From: Octopus bimaculoides
Lineage: Eukaryota
Direction of reading: 5' to 3'
DNA length: 64,000 nt
Assembly (NCBI RefSeq): GCF_001194135.2
Contig: NC_068998.1
Span: 4,684,503 to 4,748,502, forward strand
Part shown: piece by piece, positions 54,085 to 64,000 of the stretch
Numbering within the stretch: position 1 is the first letter of the stretch
Layout: each line of letters begins with the position of its first letter
Notes under the pieces: model-generated
Database searches by the model: none
Told to the model about the DNA's origin: nothing
Seen by the model: only the letters and a program-made list of their open reading frames with translations
Made by a program: the position numbers and the translations under genes

Positions 54085-54300
54085 GAAATTCTCTGATAGC
54101 TATTACTGACCTCTGCTTGTGTGGCATGGTGCATAGTCCTGTTGCCAGACAAGGTCATCCAGCAGCCACTCTCTTGACCCAGGGCAGCACTACCTCCCCC
54201 AGGCACTTGATGTAGGCCTCCATGTTGAATGTGAGGCCGTGTGGGAAGATGAATGGTGGCATAACGTCGCCATCCAAACACCATGTTAACTGGATGTTTG
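54085..54300 (-). mobile_element. Tc1/mariner (DDD/E) transposase pseudogene fragment
   Basis: Minus-strand frames give KHPVNMVFG / DGDVMPPFIFPHGLTFNMEAYIKCLGEVVLPWVKRVAAG* / VWQQDYAPCHTS, with the second catalytic Asp in the QQDxAPxH motif. Confidence 0.85.
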
Positions 54301-56380
54301 AATTTTATTACTCTCAGTACGTTTTCGTGGTNNNNNNNNNNNNNNNNNNNNNNNNNNNNNNNNNNNNNNNNNNNNNNNNNNNNNNNNNNNNNNNNNNNNN
54401 NNNNNNNNNNNNNNNNNNNNNNNNNNNNNNNNNNNNNNNNNNNNNNNNNNNNNNNNNNNNNNNNNNNNNNNNNNNNNNNNNNNNNNNNNNNNNNNNNNNN
54501 NNNNNNNNNNNNNNNNNNNNNNNNNNNNNNNNNNNNNNNNNNNNNNNNNNNNNNNNNNNNNNNNNNNNNNNNNNNNNNNNNNNNNNNNNNNNNNNNNNNN
54601 NNNNNNNNNNNNNNNNNNNNNNNNNNNNNNNNNNNNNNNNNNNNNNNNNNNNNNNNNNNNNNNNNNNNNNNNNNNNNNNNNNNNNNNNNNNNNNNNNNNN
54701 NNNNNNNNNNNNNNNNNNNNNNNNNNNNNNNNNNNNNNNNGTTGGTGGTGGTGGTGGTGTTGGTGGTGGTGTTGGTGTTGGTGGTGGTGGTGGTGGTAGT
54801 GGTGGTGCTAGTAGTTAAATCGCCTTCATTCTCCTGGTCATCGGATCGAGGTAAGGCGGGGCTGTTTCTGATTACAGGTTGTATACGTTGGCGCTCCGTA
54901 GGCGGTGTGGGTCGGGTGGGGTTGCGCTACAGACGGGTGTTTATCGCCATCTTAATCTCATCACATACAACAGACACGCACACACATACACACACGCGCA
55001 CACAATCTCACTCACGCAGGCACTCAGCGCACATTCACATATACACACACGAATAACTTTAAACATTACTACGTCGGATTCTACACAACTGTACATACAT
55101 GCATACATACATGCACACATACATACATACATGCATACCCACATGCACACATACATACATACATACATACATACATGCATACGTGCGTACGTACGTACGT
55201 TCGTACATGCATGCATACATACAAATGTGTGTATGTGACAAATACACACGCAGACACACATACGCACACACATGTACATAGCTATTTATCTATGTATTTA
55301 TGTACGCATCTATACATATACAAACACATACGTACGTTTATAGACGCATGCACACACGTAAATAAATATACCTTTCTATATATATATATATATATATATA
55401 TNNNNNNNNNNNNNNNNNNNNNNNNNNNNNNNNNNNNNNNNNNNNNNNNNNNNNNNNNNNNNNNNNNNNNNNNNNNNNNNNNNNNNNNNNNNNNNNNNNN
55501 NNNNNNNNNNNNNNNNNNNNNNNNNNNNNNNNNNNNNNNNNNNNNNNNNNNNNNNNNNNNNNNNNNNNNNNNNNNNNNNNNNNNNNNNNNNNNNNNNNNN
55601 NNNNNNNNNNNNNNNNNNNNNNNNNNNNNNNNNNNNNNNNNNNNNNNNNNNNNNNNNNNNNNNNNNNNNNNNNNNNNNNNNNNNNNNNNNNNNNNNNNNN
55701 NNNNNNNNNNNNNNNNNNNNNNNNNNNNNNNNNNNNNNNNNNNNNNNNNNNNNNNNNNNNNNNNNNNNNNNNNNNNNNNNNNNNNNNNNNNNNNNNNNNN
55801 NNNNNNNNNNNNNNNNNNNNNNNNNNNNNNNNNNNNNNNNNNNNNNNNNNNNNNNNNNNNNNNNNNNNNNNNNNNNNNNNNNNNNNNNNNNNNNNNNNNN
55901 NNNNNNNNNNNNNNNNNNNNNNNNNNNNNNNNNNNNNNNNNNNNNNNNNNNNNNNNNNNNNNNNNNNNNNNNNNNNNNNNNNNNNNNNNNNNNNNNNNNN
56001 NNNNNNNNNNNNNNNNNNNNNNNNNNNNNNNNNNNNNNNNNNNNNNNNNNNNNNNNNNNNNNNNNNNNNNNNNNNNNNNNNNNNNNNNNNNNNNNNNNNN
56101 NNNNNNNNNNNNNNNNNNNNNNNNNNNNNNNNNNNNNNNNNNNNNNNNNNNNNNNNNNNNNNNNNNNNNNNNNNNNNNNNNNNNNNNNNNNNNNNNNNNN
56201 NNNNNNNNNNNNNNNNNNNNNNNNNNNNNNNNNNNNNNNNNNNNNNNNNNNNNNNNNNNNNNNNNNNNNNNNNNNNNNNNNNNNNNNNNNNNNNNNNNNN
56301 NNNNNNNNNNNNNNNNNNNNNNNNNNNNNNNNNNNNNNTATATATATATATATCGGAATTTAAGTATACATATATGTATA

Positions 56381-56657
56381 CAGGAGTGGCTGTGTGGTAA
56401 CAAGCTTGCTTCCCAAAACAACATGGTTCCGGGTTCAGTCCCACTGCGTGGCACCTTAGGCAGGTGTCTTCTACCATAGCCTTGTCCAACCAAGCCTTGG
56501 AAATGGATTTGGTAGACGGAAACTGAAAGAAGTCCATCGCTTGACAACCGATGTTGGAGTGTTTACCTCCCCGTAACATAGCGGTTCGGTAAAACCGATG
56601 GAATAAATACTAGGCTTACAAAGAATTAGTCCTGAGGTCGATTTGCTCGACAAAAAA
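56381..56657 (+). mobile_element. SINE family B lacking the internal microsatellite
   Basis: Aligns to 39347-39764 with a clean internal deletion. Confidence 0.85.
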
Positions 56658-58752
56658 GTGGGATTATTGTGCATACATACATACATACATACATACATAT
56701 ACATGTGTCTGTATGTGTGTGTTTTCGTGTTTGTCTCCTACTCCAGACAACCGTTTGGCAACCGGCATTGAATTATTTTTATCCCCGTAACCTGGCGGTT
56801 CGTCAATAGTGTCCGGTGAACTGGGGTTGATTTATCCAGCTAAAACCTTCAATATTTTATCTCAGCGTGGCCGCTCTCCAATGAGTGAAGCAGAGAAAAC
56901 AGTATAGTTTAAAGCTACACGCGTAATTGTTTGGGAAAAAGTTTTGCTTGCGAACCACATGGCACCGAATTCAGTTCGACTATGTGGAACCTTGGGCAAG
57001 TGTTTCCTGGTGGTGTTGGTGGTGGTGGTGTTGGTGGTGGTGNNNNNNNNNNNNNNNNNNNNNNNNNNNNNNNNNNNNNNNNNNNNNNNNNNNNNNNNNN
57101 NNNNNNNNNNNNNNNNNNNNNNNNNNNNNNNNNNNNNNNNNNNNNNNNNNNNNNNNNNNNNNNNNNNNNNNNNNNNNNNNNNNNNNNNNNNNNNNNNNNN
57201 NNNNNNNNNNNNNNNNNNNNNNNNNNNNNNNNNNNNNNNNNNNNNNNNNNNNNNNNNNNNNNNNNNNNNNNNNNNNNNNNNNNNNNNNNNNNNNNNNNNN
57301 NNNNNNNNNNNNNNNNNNNNNNNNNNNNNNNNNNNNNNNNNNNNNNNNNNNNNNNNNNNNNNNNNNNNNNNNNNNNNNNNNNNNNNNNNNNNNNNNNNNN
57401 NNNNNNNNNNNNNNNNNNNNNNNNNNNNNNNNNNNNNNNNNNNNNNNNNNNNNNNNNNNNNNNNNNNNNNNNNNNNNNNNNNNNNNNNNNNNNNNNNNNN
57501 NNNNNNNNNNNNNNNNNNNNNNNNNNNNNNNNNNNNNNNNNNNNNNNNNNNNNNNNNNNNNNNNNNNNNNNNNNNNNNNNNNNNNNNNNNNNNNNNNNNN
57601 NNNNNNNNNNNNNNNNNNNNNNNNNNNNNNNNNNNNNNNNNNNNNNNNNNNNNNNNNNNNNNNNNNNNNNNNNNNNNNNNNNNNNNNNNNNNNNNNNNNN
57701 NNNNNNNNNNNNNNNNNNNNNNNNNNNNNNNNNNNNNNNNNNNNNNNNNNNNNNNNNNNNNNNNNNNNNNNNNNNNNNNNNNNNNNNNNNNNNNNNNNNN
57801 NNNNNNNNNNNNNNNNNNNNNNNNNNNNNNNNNNNNNNNNNNNNNNNNACCGCTAAGCATTTCACCCGGCGTGCTAACGTTTCTGCCAGCTCACCGCCTT
57901 TCTTAAACTTCAAAATAATAATAAAGCACAGATAAATATTGAACCAGCGTTTTACAGTTTCTGAATGTCTCACGTTTCTCTTGAATTTCTTTATGAAACC
58001 ATGTCCACCTTTCGACCTACACCCAATTCGGTGTCAAGTTACTCAAGATTTATCACAAGTCAGTCCTTGCCTCCTTTCACACGCACAAATAACTCACTTT
58101 CTTATATTGTTTGGCAATTCTCTTAATTCTTAACTTTGAAAAGACAGACATCCAAGCCCCCACCCTCTCCACTCCTCCGTCTTTTTTCCGCTCCACCTCC
58201 CACATACACAACACACACACACACACAAATACGTAGACATCCCATATAGAAAAAAAAATTCCTTAAAATAAAAACACACAAAAAACATTTTTTTTAGTAT
58301 CAAGAACAACAATAAGAGCGACACGAAAATAATTATAACACAATAAAAAAATATAAAGGGGAGGGGCTGAAATAAGAACGAAATACCAAAGAACAAAAGA
58401 ACGACAATAACGACAAAAAACTACGGCAAAAACTACACCAACAACAAAAAAACATAAAATATTCAATAAACAAATAATGTGCTACAGAGCGTAAAGTGTA
58501 TCTCGGCTAAGTCACCAGGGGAGTAAATAGTGCTCTAGTTCGTTCTCAACCAAACCCCTAACAACATAGACGTCGGTCAGAAGAAATCTGACCCTCGATG
58601 TATAAGACTAGAAGGGGGGGGGGTTGTGGAGTTTTTTGTTTTTTTTTGTGATTTTATTTTTACTTTATTTTATTTATTTTCTTTCTCTTTTTGTTTTTTC
58701 ATTTGTTAACCTTTTATATCGGTTTCTTTGCATATATTAGCTTTAGTGTTGG

Positions 58753-58809
<57 letters not shown>

Positions 58810-59069
58810 ATGCCCTTCATCCGACGGAACCCCTGTGGAAAATGAATGGAATCCCCTATGATAGACGACGTCATTCTCATGGTCATTGTCACCGGCTATG
58901 ATATTCCCATCGTCATCATAATTATCATCGTCATCATAGTCGTCGTCGTCATCATCAACATCATCATCGTCGTCGTCGTCGGCGTCAACATCAACATCAT
59001 CAACATCATCATCACCGTCGTAATCACCGTTGTTGTCAGCGTCGTCGTCGTCAGTAGTAATAGCAGCTA

Positions 59070-59110
<41 letters not shown>

Positions 59111-59253
59111 TCGACCCCTTAATTTTGTCCGACAAAAGGCTTCGTCAGCCGTGTAAACATTAAGTACAACGCAATTGAAGCGTTACGTTCCTCACAATTT
59201 AGGGTCTGGCCTGGTTTATCAGGGAGACAATTTACAAGCAATCATCTTTTGCC

Positions 59254-59309
<56 letters not shown>

Positions 59310-59319
59310 ACATACATAC

Positions 59320-59356
<37 letters not shown>

Positions 59357-59435
59357 GTGTGTGTGAGTCTGCTTGTCTTTCTATTTATGCATCTGTCTGT
59401 CGGTCTATCATCAGTCACCATCATCATTACATATT

Positions 59436-59677
59436 CGTGGCACTCCGTCGCTTACGACGACGAGGGTTCCAGTTGATCCGATCAACGGAACAGCCTGCTC
59501 GTGAAATCAACGTGCAAGTGACTGAGCACTCCACAGACACGTGTACCCTTAACGTAGTTCTCGGGGAGATTCAACGTGACACAGAGTGCGACAAAGCTGG
59601 CATTTTGAAATACAGGTACAACAGAAACAGGAAGAAAGAGTGAGAGAAAGCTGTGGAGTTCGCAGGGTTCGCCACCA
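59436..59677 (-). mobile_element. 5'-truncated SINE family E
   Basis: Nearly identical to 1445-1690. Confidence 0.85.
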
Positions 59678-59775
59678 ACCACTGCAGCACGAAATAGGAA
59701 AGTTATGGGGCATGAGGAAAGTAATGGTGATACCAGAGGTAATTGGCGCATTGGGAGCAGTTTCCAAGAGCTTTG
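59676..59775 (+). mobile_element. RLE-type non-LTR retrotransposon fragment (R4/Dong/NeSL-like endonuclease C-terminus)
   Basis: QPLQHEIGKLWGMRKVMVIPEVIGALGAVSKSF matches the KY..L..E...LW....V.VIP+V+GALG motif. Followed by a gap, then (AAT)n. Confidence 0.7.
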
Positions 59776-60034
59776 NNNNNNNNNNNNNNNNNNNNNNNNN
59801 NNNNNNNNNNNNNNNNNNNNNNNNNNNNNNNNNNNNNNNNNNNNNNNNNNNNNNNNNNNNNNNNNNNNNNNNNNNNNNNNNNNNNNNNNNNNNNNNNNNN
59901 NNNNNNNNNNNNNNNNNNNNNNNNNNNNNNNNNNNNNNNNNNNNNNNNNNNNNNNNNNNNNNNNNNNNNNNNNNNNNNNNNNNNNNNNNNNNNNNNNNNN
60001 NNNNNNNNNNNNNNNNNNNNNNNNNNNNNNNNNN

Positions 60035-60122
<88 letters not shown>

Positions 60123-60819
60123 TCTCAGAAGAAGTGGTTTTTATCATCGAGATTTTGTTCCTAAGTGGAATATCTCACATTTTCGTTCACGATGTGTCCT
60201 ATTTAATCAGGTCGTTGCTTTTAAATGAAATATATATATATAAAAAAAAAACAAACCTGTGAGTTCATCATATGTAAACGCCATGTTCGGCTTTAGATAT
60301 GCTAGTTTGTTGATAATGATGGGTTCAAAGTTAAACTTTAGAAAGGAGTTAGTTGCTTTCAAGTTCGCCATAGATGTCTTAGCTGGGTCTGGGTTGAGCT
60401 GACAACAAAAACGTCATTTACAGACGATCGTGAAATGGAGGACGCAGAATGTAAAGAGAGATGTTTTGCATAACGGACATCCAGCAGACGGCTGTTGAAC
60501 CCGTTATTAAACACATGGGTAATGATTGCCTGGCTGTTTTCGTTTCCTAGAAGTAGAATGCAGAAAAACAACTTAAAAGCTGTTTTAAGATATTGGAAAG
60601 CGGAATGAATCTTTTAAGGTAGTGACCATCTTTATTGGCAATGATGCCTAAATTTTCACGAAGGGGTATCACTATCTCATGATTGTGAGCCCGAGGCTCT
60701 GACCACTGAACTATGTTCCTTCACACACACGTATATATATAATGGCAAAATTAAGCAAAATGTATAAATGGATGACGAGTATAGCACCATGTCTAATACA
60801 TCTTCTATTTTATTAACGC

Positions 60820-60877
<58 letters not shown>

Positions 60878-61192
60878 AATTTAGAACAATCAGTAGAAGG
60901 TTGTCATTATAGTACTCGGAGTTTCGAATGTCGGAGCCAAGAGCTACGATGCATTCTTGTCGGCAATTAACGCTATGAAAAACCGTTGAATAAAAGGGAA
61001 GTTACTCTAATAGGTAGAAAAAGAAAACAAAGATGAAAAATATATGCATACATAGGCATAAACTTCCTGCGTTTACAACGTTTACATACGTACACACTCA
61101 CAGAAATATGTATGCGTACATGCACATACACACGCAAACATAAGTATGTACGTACTCATACATACGCAGATATCCACACACACACGTACACA

Positions 61193-61233
<41 letters not shown>

Positions 61234-61960
61234 NNNNNNNNNNNNNNNNNNNNNNNNNNNNNNNNNNNNNNNNNNNNNNNNNNNNNNNNNNNNNNNNNNN
61301 NNNNNNNNNNNNNNNNNNNNNNNNNNNNNNNNNNNNNNNNNNNNNNNNNNNNNNNNNNNNNNNNNNNNNNNNNNNNNNNNNNNNNNNNNNNNNNNNNNNN
61401 NNNNNNNNNNNNNNNNNNNNNNNNNNNNNNNNNNNNNNNNNNNNNNNNNNNNNNNNNNNNNNNNNNNNNNNNNNNNNNNNNNNNNNNNNNNNNNNNNNNN
61501 NNNNNNNNNNNNNNNNNNNNNNNNNNNNNNNNNNNNNNNNNNNNNNNNNNNNNNNNNNNNNNNNNNNNNNNNNNNNNNNNNNNNNNNNNNNNNNNNNNNN
61601 NNNNNNNNNNNNNNNNNNNNNNNNNNNNNNNNNNNNNNNNNNNNNNNNNNNNNNNNNNNNNNNNNNNNNNNNNNNNNNNNNNNNNNNNNNNNNNNNNNNN
61701 NNNNNNNNNNNNNNNNNNNNNNNNNNNNNNNNNNNNNNNNNNNNNNNNNNNNNNNNNNNNNNNACACATAAACACATAATATATATACATACATATACAC
61801 ATACACATTCACACAATTAAGAAGGAAAAACGAAAAAATGGAAAAGTATATTAAAAAAATAAATAATAAAAAATAAAAAATTAATGGAGTTCTCATTCTT
61901 TTGTTGTTACTTTTTATTATATATATATATAAACACACACACTTATATATACATTTATTT

Positions 61961-62014
<54 letters not shown>

Positions 62015-62455
62015 ATGTATGTATGTATGTATATACACACACACACATAAATAAATAAATAGATAGATAGATAGATATACATGCATGTATGTATGGATGT
62101 TTTCATGTATGTACATTTTTTATAGAATCTTCTTCAGTCACTAGTAACTAATTTACATACGGCCTGCATGCTGTTTCGTGGCACCACTGGCTGTTCGGCC
62201 AGTATTAATCTAAACCATTTTGACAGATTTTCAGCCTGGCAGTAGACTTGGCTAGCTGCTGGTGATGATCCGCGATACGGTGAAATCACGGGAAACGGTA
62301 GTGCCATCCGCCAGACTACCGGCAGAATTTTATAAATCAATAATAGAATTTCGATAGCGTGTAGCATTTGACGTCTACACGAAACGATGTTTCGGGACGT
62401 TTACAAAAATCTAAAGCGTTATAAACAACACATCCAAGTTAAGTCGTGTGTGCTA

Positions 62456-62511
<56 letters not shown>

Positions 62512-63302
62512 GACTTGTGTGACTGTGAGAGTGATGTGTTGTGCAGAGTATGATATTACTTGTTTAAGCATTTGTATGTACGGTCGCCTCATAATAAAAC
62601 TAGGTAANNNNNNNNNNNNNNNNNNNNNNNNNNNNNNNNNNNNNNNNNNNNNNNNNNNNNNNNNNNNNNNNNNNNNNNNNNNNNNNNNNNNNNNNNNNNN
62701 NNNNNNNNNNNNNNNNNNNNNNNNNNNNNNNNNNNNNNNNNNNNNNNNNNNNNNNNNNNNNNNNNNNNNNNNNNNNNNNNNNNNNNNNNNNNNNNNNNNN
62801 NNNNNNNNNNNNNNNNGGTGGTGGTGGTGGTGGTGGTGGTGGCGGCGGTGGTGGTGTTGGTGGCGGCGGTGGTGGTAGTGGTGGTGGCGGTGGGGGTGAG
62901 TATAGATAACTAAAGATTTAAGAGCCGAGTCGGTTGAATGATCTATATATATTGAATATACGGGACATATGTTATGATGTGTAAGTGTATGTGAACGTGT
63001 GTTGGCGTGTTTCCATTTGCAGATATATGTATATGAAAACACACACACACACAAACACTTACTCAAACTCACACACAAACACACACACACACGCACGCAC
63101 ATTTATTTAGAGTCTAATACATGGATACGTAGAATCGTGTCAGTATCACAGTAAGCTCCTCTCACGTATTCGGCTATCAGACCCACATAGTAATCCATTA
63201 CAGTGAGGTGTAAAGCAGTTAAATAAATATATTCACCTCTCATACCACCTGAAATTTTATAATTTACACACACACACACACACACACATACACATATATA
63301 TA

Positions 63303-63340
<38 letters not shown>

Positions 63341-63354
63341 TGAATATATTTGTG

Positions 63355-63550
63355 TGTCTGTGTTCGTACCACCACCATCGCTTGACTAACGATGTTGGCG
63401 TGTTTACGTTCCCGTAACTTAGCAGTTCGACAAATGACACCGATAGAATAAGTACTGGGCTTACACAGGATAAGTCCTGGTGTCGATTCGTTCAACTAAA
63501 GGTGGTGCTCCAACATGACCGGTCAAACGACTGAAACAGGTAAAAGAATA
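63355..63550 (+). mobile_element. SINE family B 3' half
   Basis: CATCGCTTGAC…GTGTTTACGT.CCCGTAACTTAGC…GATAGAATAAGTACT…GACTGAAACA. Confidence 0.8.
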
Positions 63551-64000
63551 AACGAATATGTGTGTGTGTCTCTGTGTATGTGTGTGTGTGTGTGTGTCAG
63601 TGTGTGTGTGTGTGCGCGCGCGTGTGTGTGTGTGCGCGCGTGTGTGTGTGTTAGTTGATTCAAAATGCTATAACTGAACAAGACAGTAACATTTGAAAGA
63701 CAAGCAAAGAGACAGATAGACAGCTAGAAAGAGAGGGAGGAAGAGAGGAGGGGAAGAGAGAGGGGGGAAAGCAAGGGGAATAGAGAGTGGGGGAGAATGA
63801 AAGGAGGTGGGAACACACAAAACTAGTTAACGCATCCGCTCCTGTTACATTTAAGTATATGAACAAAAAAAAAAGCAATCTCCCACCAACACACACACAC
63901 ACACACAACAACAACAACAACAACAACAACAAAAATGTAAACAAACCAACCAACAAACAAACAAATTAAAAATGCTTAACACACAAGTCAACCAACCATT

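Overview
AT-rich, microsatellite-saturated eukaryotic scaffold with many short N gaps. The SINE repertoire points to an Octopus genome (inference). Almost every long ORF in the supplied track is an artefact of N runs or di/trinucleotide repeats. The main result is a spliced plus-strand FGF8/17/18-type gene that the ORF track largely misses. Its exons are 5151-5211 (signal peptide), 26038-26203, 31749-31849 and 32904-33155, with a candidate first coding exon at 930-997; using all five gives 215 aa. The exons have canonical GT-AG sites and the same intron phases (2,0,1,0) as vertebrate FGF8. The protein keeps the signal peptide, the FGF8-type Cys pair and the heparin-binding loop. However, it has non-canonical residues at several classic FGFR-contact positions and two extra cysteines. 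The rest of the window is intronic or intergenic. It holds several tRNA-derived SINE families, CR1/L2, RTE and RLE-type LINE remnants, and Tc1/mariner relics and MITEs. There is also a Penelope-type minimal hammerhead fold next to an FGF exon, a 259-bp near-perfect palindrome, and a TIR element carrying a CCAAT+octamer cassette. All alignments were done by eye; no database searches were run.
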